Shown: one piece after another, positions 47,626 to 56,507 of the stretch
How the letters are laid out: each line of letters opens with the position of its first letter
How positions within the stretch are numbered: the first letter of the stretch is position 1
DNA from: an uncultured Clostridia bacterium
GTDB taxonomy: Bacteria > Bacillota > Clostridia > TANB77 > CAG-508
Assembly: GCA_947627935.1 (NCBI GenBank)
Contig: CANQXY010000005.1
Location: 179-64,178 of the forward strand
Reading direction: 5' to 3'
DNA: 64,000 bases
Made by a program: the position numbers and the translations under genes
Notes under the pieces: model-generated
Told to the model about the DNA's origin: nothing
Databases searched by the model: none
Seen by the model: only the letters and a program-made list of their open reading frames with translations

Positions 47626-48712
47626 CTAATTATTTAGTGCTTCTATACCTATCTCCATTGCTTTTTCTAAGATTTCTTTTTCTTCTTCATCATTGCAATT
47701 TTCAATCTTTGTAAGCAATTCTTTAACAAATATACCTACTAATGTATTTTCATTTGATATTTTTTCAAAATCTAATTTTAATTTTGTATTATTTTTTATT
47801 TTAATTATTTTATTATTTATTTCATATTTATATAAATTATATATATTTATTTCAAAATTTCTATATCCTGTAAGTATTACTTTATATAAATAATTATCAT
47901 ATAATTCTAATTCATTTATTTTTTGAATTAACTCTTCCTCTGTCGCTATTTGTGTACAATCTATTTCTATTTCACAAAATTGTCTTTCATCTATAGTTAC
48001 AAATTCCAATTCTAACTTATTTTTTTCAATATCTCCGGACAATCATTCCATGATTACCTAGCTCATCAAATCCATTTGATATTGTTGAACCTGGATATAT
48101 TATATTGTTTTTTTCATTAATATTATAATTAGTTTTATGTATATGTCCTAAAGCAATATAATCAAATCCCTTTTCTCTTAACATTTTTTCTGACATTGAA
48201 TTATATTGTTTATCTTCTATTGATGCTCCATTTAAAGTTCCATGTATTACTAGTATATTTATTTTTTCTTTATCTTCTACTTTTATTTCTTCAATTCCAG
48301 AATTAGTACAATAAAAGTCATCAAATCCATATCCATATATATTAATATCATCAAATTCAATTTTTTCGAATTTTGAATTAAATATTTTTACATTTTCATT
48401 CCAATTAAATGTATTATAATATGAATTTTTTATAAATGGATCATGATTTCCAGGTGATATAAATATTTTAGTATTAGGAATTTCCCTAAATAAATTATTT
48501 ATATATTCTATTGTTGATTCTTTTACATATTCATTTTCATATAAATCTCCAGAAATAAATAAAAAAGGAATATTATTTTGTTTTATATAATCTATTATTT
48601 TCTTAAATGCATCTCTTTGTTCTAATCTTCTAATATTTCCTAAATTTCCTATGTCTGATAGTGTTGTAAAAGGGCAATCAAAATGCATATCTGCAATATG
48701 TACAAATTTCAT
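47626..48712 (-). pseudogene. yhaO: YhaO/SbcD-like metallophosphoesterase, split by a 1-nt frameshift near 48040
   Basis: The 228-aa ORF carries the calcineurin-fold motifs DMHFD, GDLYE, GNHD, GHIH and ends ...GNHGMIVRRY*. The overlapping 138-aa ORF (TTG at 48042) continues SGDIEKNKLELEFVTID... in another frame. The two fuse cleanly as GNHGMI[V]SGDIEKNK. Confidence 0.7.
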
Positions 48713-48812
48713 AATTTTCTCCTAATTTTTAACTATTTTAAAATAATTCTATACTATAATTATATTTTTTTCAAGCAAATAGCGAAAATATTTTTGGTAA
48801 TTATATAAAATA

Positions 48813-48844
48813 AAAACTATATTAGAAAATCTAATATAGCTTTT
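48813..48844 (-). terminator. Intrinsic terminator after the coupling-protein gene
   Basis: On the minus strand: AAAAGCTATATTAG-atttt-CTAATATAGTTTT followed by TATTTT. Confidence 0.7.
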
Positions 48845-48850
48845 AAATTA

Positions 48851-50882
48851 TTATTCATCATCACTAGTATCACTTAAAGGTCCAAATAATTCATCAAATT
48901 TTGCTTCTAATTCTTTTTGTAAGTCATATTCTTCCTCTTTTTCCTCTGTTTGAGGAAGTACAGGTGAATCATCAAATTCTTGTAAATCAAGTGGTTCTAT
49001 AGGTTTGCTTTCCTGTATTTGCTCTACAGAATCTGCAGGAGCCTCTTTTGTTACTTCTTCTTTAGGTGAATCACTTTCAAATAAGTCATCTAATGATTCT
49101 ACTTTAAGATTATCAACATTTTTATCATCATTTTCTTCTACATAAGGATTATATGGATTATATTTTCTCCATGGTCCTCTATCAATTTCTCCTATATCGT
49201 TATGGCTTATTTGGAACATTGCAAGTTTCTTTGCCATAGGATGTTTAAAATAATAAAATTTATTTGCTTTTATAGGTTTTAGACCTTTTTCAAATATGAT
49301 ACACAAATCGTTATCTAATCTTCTTAATTCATCTGGAGTCATTAATGCTCTTGCCATTACTTGATCAGATACACTTTTTCCTGTTTTCCAGTTCTGTCTA
49401 TCTCTATTTATTGATATACTATCTCTTTCTATTGTCTTTTCCCCTAATGCTTTTGAAAAATATTCAACTGTTTTATATGAGTTACTTCCTAAGAATATGT
49501 GTGTATCACAGTTACCTATAATTGTCTCATATGATTTTTCATATGTTGCTTCTAATTGATCTAAGTTTTGTAAAATAACACTAAATGAAATCTTTCTACT
49601 TCTTGATGTTGATATCTTTTTATCAAAATCAGGTATTTGTCCTATATTTGCAAACTCGTCTAGTATAAAATATGTAGGCATTTTTAATGCTCCACCATTA
49701 TCATCAGCATAATTATATAGTTGTTGTATCATTTGTGAGAAAAATATTGTAAGTAAAAAATCATATGCTGTATGTGTATCTGATGATATTACATATACTG
49801 CAGTCTTTTTATTTCCTATATCTTCAAAATTTATTGTATCTGTTGATGTAAGTTCTGCAATTTCTTTTGAATCAAATTTACCTAATCTTGATTGTAATGT
49901 ACTTAAAATTGATCCATAAGTTTTTTCTGGTGCAATTTCAATTGATTTATAGTACATTCTTGCTGGATGGTCATATGGTAATTGGCTTATTAATTCTGTA
50001 AGAAGGTTACTTCCTCCATTTTTATTTGCTGCTCTAACTAATTCAGCACAACTTGCTAAGTTTTGCTCTTCTTCTGGCCTTGTTGCAATTAGATAATATA
50101 TTAATGCTTTTAATAACATTTCAGCCATATCATCCCAATATGGATCTGCCTTGCTACCTTCTACTTTTTGTCCTTTTATTATTGTATTTGCAATTACATC
50201 GACATCTATTTCAGATGATATATGCATTAAAGGATTATATCCATCACTATTTTGAGGTTTTACTAAATTTAAAACTTTTATTTCATATCCATTTTGTTTT
50301 AAATATCCCGCCGTTCTATCATATAATTCTCCTTTAGGATCTGTAAAAACATATGAGCCTAACATTTGATATGCATTTGGTATTGAATATGAAGCAGATT
50401 TACCAGAACCTGATCCGTCCTACTACTAATACATTAGTATTTCCTCTTTTATCAAGTGGTAAGTAGTTATCCTCTGCTAGAATAATTCCTTTTTTATTAC
50501 TCAATATTCTATATTGTTCTCCCCTTTGACTCCAATCACTTGATCCGTGTTCAATATCTGTATATTCATTTTTAGGGGCTGATCTTACACATCCGATAAA
50601 AAAGAATATAGTGTATATTATAGTAAACCAAAACAATGCATTAAAATAGCTTCCAAAAGCACCTAAAGATATTATATTTCCAATTGATCCAAATGGACTA
50701 GTTAAAGCTTCTGGAAATTTTTCTATAAATATCTGTAAATCAAAAGAGCCTTCAGCTTTAGCAACAAAATTGCTATAAACAAAAGGCGGAATTAATACTA
50801 TGGTAGCTATAATCCATAGTATTATATATAATATGAAATTTTTTCTATTTCTTCTAATTATTCCTTCGATTTTATAATTCAT
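48851..50882 (-). pseudogene. VirD4/TraG-type type IV coupling protein, frameshifted within the Walker A motif
   Basis: The N-terminal ORF (two TM segments, HGSSDWS) ends NTNVLVVGRIRFW*. The next frame reads DGSGSGKSASYSIPNAYQMLGSYVFTDPKGELY... Removing one nt at about 50417 restores VVGGSGSGKS. It has a Walker B-like FILDEFAN and an acidic C-terminal tail. The likely ATG is at 50882 (SD AGTAGGTGA). Confidence 0.8.
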
Positions 50883-50910
50883 AAAAATCACCTACTCTTT
50901 AGTAAATTAT

Positions 50911-51177
50911 CTATCTTCCTTGCTCCTGTTCTTTATTTTGTCTAGCTACTGATATACGTTGAGCTCTATCTTGGTCTTTAATATTAACTATTGTACCATC
51001 TGGTAATTTTCTTTTAAATTCGCCATCTCTATCTTTAAAAATTGTATGGCTTTTTACTTGTATATCTTGTCTTTCTGATCCTAATTCCATTTTTCCTTGA
51101 TTTGTTACTTCAAGTCCTCTTTCACCAGTGATGCAAACTACACATACTGGACCATTTTTTGTTGTATTAATATTCAT
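50911..51177 (-). CDS. Hypothetical small protein (88 aa)
   Basis: ATG at 51177, 9 nt after SD AAGGAAGG. It looks beta-rich (PVCVVCITGERGLEVTNQGKMELG...). It is tightly packed between the 174-aa ORF and the coupling-protein gene. Confidence 0.6.
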   Translation of the reverse strand: MNINTTKNGPVCVVCITGERGLEVTNQGKMELGSERQDIQVKSHTIFKDRDGEFKRKLPDGTIVNIKDQDRAQRISVARQNKEQEQGR

Positions 51178-51192
51178 AATCAACTTCCTTCC

Positions 51193-51717
51193 TTAATCTT
51201 GTTTTTCGTCTCTGATTTCAAAAGCGAAATAAGATTTATATGGTTTTAATTTACATTTTCCTTTTACTTCATTTGTATTTTCATCAAAATAAAGTGTTGG
51301 CTTTATTTCTTCTGTTGTTTCTGGATCTATAATACATATAGGTCTTTTTAAATTTGGTGTATATCTAAAATCTTTGTATTCTGTCCCTTCTTCTGAATAT
51401 ATGTTATTAAATTTTAGTGGCATAGGTTTTTTGCTAATTGATATTTTATCATCATTAAGTAAAGCCATATTTACTACCACTCTCTCTTTTCCAAATGACA
51501 AAATAACCAATTGGTCTTGGTCTTCTGATGGATTATCCACAAAAAATGTTTTTTTCTTTAAATCTCCTCTAAACTCTTCTGTAAATTCTAATCTTTCAAC
51601 AGTATACTTTGGAGAATCTTTTAAAAACTCTTTTTCTGTTTTGTTAATTTTATATATAACAGTACTCACATCTTTTGGATCTGTTATACTAAAATGTTTA
51701 CCTTGCCATGATTCCAT
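51193..51717 (-). CDS. Hypothetical protein (174 aa)
   Basis: SD AGGAAGAGGTG upstream. No family recognised. It is the first gene behind a consensus promoter. Confidence 0.6.
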   Translation of the reverse strand: MESWQGKHFSITDPKDVSTVIYKINKTEKEFLKDSPKYTVERLEFTEEFRGDLKKKTFFVDNPSEDQDQLVILSFGKERVVVNMALLNDDKISISKKPMPLKFNNIYSEEGTEYKDFRYTPNLKRPICIIDPETTEEIKPTLYFDENTNEVKGKCKLKPYKSYFAFEIRDEKQD

Positions 51718-51779
51718 AAATTTTTACACCTCTTCCTATCATTTAATCCATGGTTTATCTTTTGTTAATCACATCTTTA

Positions 51780-51808
51780 ATTATACATTAAATTTAAACT
51801 TCTGTCAA
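51780..51808 (-). promoter_or_regulatory. Consensus SigA promoter of the 174aa-88aa-coupling protein operon
   Basis: On the minus strand: TTGACA (51808-51803), 17 nt, TATAAT (51785-51780), with TG immediately upstream of the -10. Confidence 0.6.
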
Positions 51809-51840
51809 CTATTTTACGTTTTTTATTAAATTTATGTAAA

Positions 51841-52737
51841 TTAACCTATTCTTGGATTAAATTTTGATATTTTATTTAAATTTTCAAACATCTCTTTTTC
51901 TTGGTCCGTAAGTTGTCTTGGCACCATTATCTTAACTTCTGCTACTAAATCTCCTCTACTTCCTTTACCATCTTTATAACCTTTTCCTGGTATTCTTATT
52001 ATTTCTCCACTTTGTATTCCTTGAGGTATATATACTTGAGTTTCATCATCTATAGAATTAACTTTTGCTCTTGTTCCTAAAGCCGCTTCCCATGGTGTTA
52101 ATAATAAATTAGTATGTAAATCATATCCTTTTAAAGAAAATTTGTTATCATCTTCTATATTAATTTTTATAAATAAATCTCCGTTTTTTCCTCCATTTTG
52201 TCCTGGTTTACCTTGTCCTATTAATCTTATTTTTTCGCCATCTCTTATTCCTGCTGGAACAGAAACAGTAAAAGTTTTCATATTTCCTTCGACAGTTCTC
52301 AATGATATTTTTTTAGTTAAGCCATAAAAAGCTTCATTTATAGTTACTTTTATCTCAGTCTCAACATTTTCTCCTTTTATAGCTGGCTTACCTTTTTTTA
52401 TTATAGTATTATCATCTTGTGATTCTATGTTTCCAAAAAACATATTAAAGAAATCACTAAATATTGAATTTGAATCTCTTTTGCTTTCTTCAAATGCTTT
52501 TTTCTTTTTTGCTACATTTGCATTCCACATTCTATCATATTTTCTTTTTGATGCTGAATCTGATAATACTTTATATGCTTCGTTTATATCTTTTATTCTA
52601 TCTTCTGCTAGATTATCTCCTAGATTTATATCTGGATGATGTTTCTTTACGGCTGCCCTATATGCAACTTTTATTTCATCTAAAGATACTCTACTGGTTT
52701 CTAGCTCTAATATTTTGTAATAATCTTTAAAAATCAT
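51841..52737 (-). CDS. J-domain co-chaperone, CbpA-like (no zinc-finger domain)
   Basis: From the ATG at 52737 (SD GGGAGGA): MIFKDYYKILELETSRVSLDEIKVAYRAAVKKHHPDIN (HPD motif). The DnaJ C-terminal substrate-binding repeats follow (GENVETEIKVTINEAFYG..., GDLFIKINIEDD, GDLVAEVKIMVP). No CxxCxGxG repeats. Confidence 0.85.
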   Translation of the reverse strand: MIFKDYYKILELETSRVSLDEIKVAYRAAVKKHHPDINLGDNLAEDRIKDINEAYKVLSDSASKRKYDRMWNANVAKKKKAFEESKRDSNSIFSDFFNMFFGNIESQDDNTIIKKGKPAIKGENVETEIKVTINEAFYGLTKKISLRTVEGNMKTFTVSVPAGIRDGEKIRLIGQGKPGQNGGKNGDLFIKINIEDDNKFSLKGYDLHTNLLLTPWEAALGTRAKVNSIDDETQVYIPQGIQSGEIIRIPGKGYKDGKGSRGDLVAEVKIMVPRQLTDQEKEMFENLNKISKFNPRIG

Positions 52738-52788
52738 TCGACATCCTCCCAAAAATTTTGGTAGGTATATTGTATCAAAAAAACAAAA

Positions 52789-52815
52789 AAAAATCCATAG
52801 TTTTTATGGATTTTT
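52789..52815 (-). terminator. Intrinsic terminator after ddl
   Basis: AAAAATCCATA-gtttt-TATGGATTTTT. Confidence 0.75.
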
Positions 52816-53879
52816 TAAGTAAATTTACAATTTAAATTACACATTTCTATTAATTTATCTAATAAGTCACTATATTTAATTCCTATATGTTCAAATAATT
52901 TTGGATACATACTTATTTTTGTAAAGCCTGGCATAGTATTTATTTCATTTATATAAATTTCTTTTGTATTATTTTCTATGAAAAAATCTACTCTAGATAA
53001 TCCTTTACCATCTATACATTTAAATGCTTTTTTAGCTAATTTTCTTATTTTATTGCTTTCATCTTCTGTGATATTTGCTGGTATTATAGTTTTAGATTCT
53101 TTCATTTTATATTTTGCGTCAAAACTATAATAATCTTCTGCAGGTACAACTTCTCCTACACAAGAAGTTATAACTTCTTCATTTCCTAATACTGCACATT
53201 CAACTTCTTTACCATTTATTCCTTCTTCTACTAATATTTTGCTATCATATTTTGCAGCTTCTTCTATATATTTTTTTAACTCTTTAATATTTTCTGCTTT
53301 ATTTACACCAACTGAAGATCCAGAATTAGATGGTTTAACAAACATAGGAAAATCTATTTTTTCTGCTATAACATCTACCAATTCATCTAATTTATATATT
53401 GTTTCATTAAATTTATCATCTACAAATTTATAAACTTCATCATATTTTTTTATATAACAATATTTTGCTTGTTTAAATCCTGCATTTTTAAATATTATTT
53501 TACTATATACCTTATCCATTCCTATACTTGAAGCTAAAACTCTACACCCTACATATGGTATTTTCATAATTTCAAATAGTCCTTGTATAGTTCCATCTTC
53601 TCCATATAACCCATGTAGTATAGGGAAAACTATATCTAAATTTTTTAAGTATTTTTGTAAATTATCAATTTCTATAATTTTTTTAATATCTTTAATTGTT
53701 TTTGATGTGTCAATTTCATCATTATATTCATACCATTTTCCTGATTTATCAATATATATTGGAAAAATATTGTACTTTTCTTTATTTAAATTATTTAAAA
53801 CATATAATCCTGAAGTGAATGAAACTTCATTTTCAGATGACATTCCGCCAAATACAACGCCTAATTTAATTTTCTCCAT
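52815..53879 (-). CDS. ddl: D-alanine--D-alanine ligase
   Basis: 354 aa. It has GVVFGGMSSENEVS, HGLYGEDGTIQGL, and the ATP-grasp C-terminus EINTMPGFT. Confidence 0.95.
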   Translation of the reverse strand: MEKIKLGVVFGGMSSENEVSFTSGLYVLNNLNKEKYNIFPIYIDKSGKWYEYNDEIDTSKTIKDIKKIIEIDNLQKYLKNLDIVFPILHGLYGEDGTIQGLFEIMKIPYVGCRVLASSIGMDKVYSKIIFKNAGFKQAKYCYIKKYDEVYKFVDDKFNETIYKLDELVDVIAEKIDFPMFVKPSNSGSSVGVNKAENIKELKKYIEEAAKYDSKILVEEGINGKEVECAVLGNEEVITSCVGEVVPAEDYYSFDAKYKMKESKTIIPANITEDESNKIRKLAKKAFKCIDGKGLSRVDFFIENNTKEIYINEINTMPGFTKISMYPKLFEHIGIKYSDLLDKLIEMCNLNCKFT

Positions 53880-53906
53880 AGCAGTCCTCTCTTTTACAAA
53901 ATTATT

Positions 53907-55310
53907 TTACTTAACGTTCTTTTGTATTTGCTCAACTATATCAAAGAATTTCATTGCATTTGATGCCTTTAAAAGTACTACATCATCTTTAGTTAGTATT
54001 TGTTTTAACCTTTCTGATACCATATTAATACTATTTTCATAATATATATTATCATTTCTCATTCCTAAATTTTTAGCTTCTTCTATAATAAATTTAGAAT
54101 TATCACCACAGCAAATTAAAATATCTATATTATTTTTTACAACTTCTTTTCCTACTTTTCTGTGTAATTCTTCTGAATAATCTCCTAATTCAAACATATC
54201 TCCTAAAACTGCAATCTTTCTTTTTCCATTTAATTTTGATAAATATTCTAAAGATGCTTTCATAGATTCATAACTTGCATTATAAGAATCATTAATTATT
54301 GTAATATCATCTTTTAATTTTATTACATCCATTCTCTTTTTAGTTAACTCAAATTCTTTAATACCTTTTTGTATTTTTTCATTATTTATATTTAATATTT
54401 TACCAATAAGTGATGCACACATTGCATTATATACAAAATGCTTACCGCTTACGGGAACTTCAATCTTTATCTTTTCATCTTTTATATAAATATCAAATTT
54501 ACTACTATCATCTTCTATATTAATATTTTTTGCTATCAAATCACTTTTATTTTCTATTCCATATGTATAAACTTTAATGTTTTCATTTTCTTTAGATTTA
54601 TTCCAATTACTTAATAAATCATTATCATTATTTATTACTAATACTTTATTTTCCATACCTTCTAAAATTTCTAATTTTGCTTTTAATATATTTTCTCTTG
54701 AGCCTAAATTTCCTATGTGTGAAGTTCCTATATTTGTTATTACAGATATAGTTGGTTTTGCAATATTAGTAAGGAGACTTATTTCTCCAAAATGATTCAT
54801 TCCCATTTCTATTACTAAAGCTTCATGATTTTTAAGTTTTAAAATTGTTAGTGGTAATCCTATATTGTTATTATTGTTTCCTTCTGTTTTCAATGTTTTA
54901 TATTTTTGACTTACAACACTTGCTATTATATCTTTTGTACTAGTTTTTCCAACACTTCCAGTAATAGCTATAACAGGTATGTCATATAAACTTCTTTTAT
55001 ATGAAGCTATTTTATATAAAGCTTGTAGTGTATTTTCTACTAATATAATATTTTTTCCTTTATACATTTTAATATCATTATCTGTAAATTTTATATTTTC
55101 TACTATTACAGTTTTTGCACCTTTTTCTAAAGCTTCTTTCCAAAATTCACTTCCATTAAACTTTTCTCCTCTAATTCCAATATATGTATCTCCAGCATTT
55201 ATATTTCTAGTATCTTTAGAAAAATTCTCGCAAACATCATTTTCATTTCCTATTACTAATTTTCCTTTTGTGCATTTTAATATATCTTTTATATAAATTT
55301 GCTTATCCAT
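53907..55310 (-). CDS. murF: UDP-N-acetylmuramoyl-tripeptide--D-alanyl-D-alanine ligase
   Basis: 467 aa. The Mur ligase P-loop is ITGSVGKTSTKD, with EMGMNHFGEI also present. It lies upstream of ddl. Confidence 0.92.
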   Translation of the reverse strand: MDKQIYIKDILKCTKGKLVIGNENDVCENFSKDTRNINAGDTYIGIRGEKFNGSEFWKEALEKGAKTVIVENIKFTDNDIKMYKGKNIILVENTLQALYKIASYKRSLYDIPVIAITGSVGKTSTKDIIASVVSQKYKTLKTEGNNNNNIGLPLTILKLKNHEALVIEMGMNHFGEISLLTNIAKPTISVITNIGTSHIGNLGSRENILKAKLEILEGMENKVLVINNDNDLLSNWNKSKENENIKVYTYGIENKSDLIAKNINIEDDSSKFDIYIKDEKIKIEVPVSGKHFVYNAMCASLIGKILNINNEKIQKGIKEFELTKKRMDVIKLKDDITIINDSYNASYESMKASLEYLSKLNGKRKIAVLGDMFELGDYSEELHRKVGKEVVKNNIDILICCGDNSKFIIEEAKNLGMRNDNIYYENSINMVSERLKQILTKDDVVLLKASNAMKFFDIVEQIQKNVK

Positions 55311-55464
55311 AAAATACCTCTATTTTTATTTTCTTTATGAATTATATGCTAAAAGTTTAATTAGTGCAACTAGATTTTTTTAAGAATATTTAATATTTTA
55401 CTTTATCTATTTTAAAAGTTATGATATTATAAAATATATAATAAACAAAAGAAGAGGAGATAGT

Positions 55465-56187
55465 ATGAAAAAAATACTTGTCAGTGACTTTGATGGTACT
55501 TTTTATTTAAATAACGATGATATCAAAAAAAATATAGAAAAAGTGGAAAAGTTTAGAAAAAGTGGAAATATCTTTATAATTGCAACAGGTAGATCTTATG
55601 ACGAATTTAAAGAAGCTTTAAGTAAATATCCTTTATCATACGATTATCTTATAATAAATAATGGTGCTACAATTTTAAATAAAGATCATGTGTTTATTAG
55701 TAATTGTATAATAAAAGATTGGATTAAAAAAATTTTATTAAAAAATTTGAATTTTTCTGATATAACTAATATATATGGATGCACTATTATAAATAGTAAA
55801 ATTGATGTAAGTAGAAGACGTTTAACTAAAATTCACATAGAATATTCTACTGTTGAACAAGCTAAAAAGATAAGTAGTTATATTAATAGAAAATATAAAT
55901 TATTTTTAAAAAGTTATGTTATTGTTACAACAAAAGCAGTTGAAATAATTTCATCAAAATGTAATAAAGCAAAATCAGTTAAAAAAATCGCAAAATCTAA
56001 AAAAATTAATAAAAAAGATATTTATGCAGTTGGTGATAGCTATAATGATTTAGATATGATAAAAGCATTTAATGGTTATACTATGGAAAATGGAAAAGAT
56101 GAATTAAAACAAATTAGTATTTCAATATTGCCTACTGTATCTGATTTAATAGAAAATTTATTAGAAAAAGAAAAAGGAAATCAATAA
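55465..56187 (+). CDS. Cof-type HAD-IIB family hydrolase
   Basis: 240 aa with motif I VSDFDGTF, ATGRS, and motif IV GDSYNDLDM. Confidence 0.82.
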   Translation: MKKILVSDFDGTFYLNNDDIKKNIEKVEKFRKSGNIFIIATGRSYDEFKEALSKYPLSYDYLIINNGATILNKDHVFISNCIIKDWIKKILLKNLNFSDITNIYGCTIINSKIDVSRRRLTKIHIEYSTVEQAKKISSYINRKYKLFLKSYVIVTTKAVEIISSKCNKAKSVKKIAKSKKINKKDIYAVGDSYNDLDMIKAFNGYTMENGKDELKQISISILPTVSDLIENLLEKEKGNQ

Positions 56188-56217
56188 TTAAAATGATTTC
56201 CTTTTTTATTTAACAAA

Positions 56218-56394
56218 CTATTTTTCTACTGATCTGTTTGCAATTTCTATTGCTTTTGTTACTATATTACCACATGTTTTAGAAGATACATTTGCCCAAC
56301 TACCACCATCTTGTTTTACTTGATCATATACTCCTAATTCTTTTGCAATTTCTTCTCTAAGGTTTTCAGATATTAATTTACTATTTCTAGACAT
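56218..56394 (-). CDS. sspF: Alpha/beta-type small acid-soluble spore protein, SspF-like
   Basis: From the ATG at 56394 (SD TGGAGGA): MSRNSKLISENLREEIAKELGVYDQVKQDGGSWANVSSKTCGNIVTKAIEIAN. This parallels the B. subtilis SspF pattern ...ELAKDLGFYDTVKNGGWGEI..AGNMVKRAIEIAE. Confidence 0.75.
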   Translation of the reverse strand: MSRNSKLISENLREEIAKELGVYDQVKQDGGSWANVSSKTCGNIVTKAIEIANRSVEK

Positions 56395-56507
56395 AACATC
56401 CTCCAATTCTAATAAAGCAATTTTGCTTTATTAATTATATTATAAGCATTTTTATTTTTTTTATTTTAATAATTTTTTACTAAAAAGTAATTTTTATCAT
56501 TTTTTTA

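Noticed and set aside
48851-52752. Complete integrative conjugative element or prophage around the coupling-protein gene.
   Set aside because: Only a T4CP gene (frameshifted) and two small unknown ORFs are present. There is no relaxase, VirB4/VirB6-type genes, integrase, replication genes or recognisable att repeats. The flanks are core genes (ddl, yhaO).
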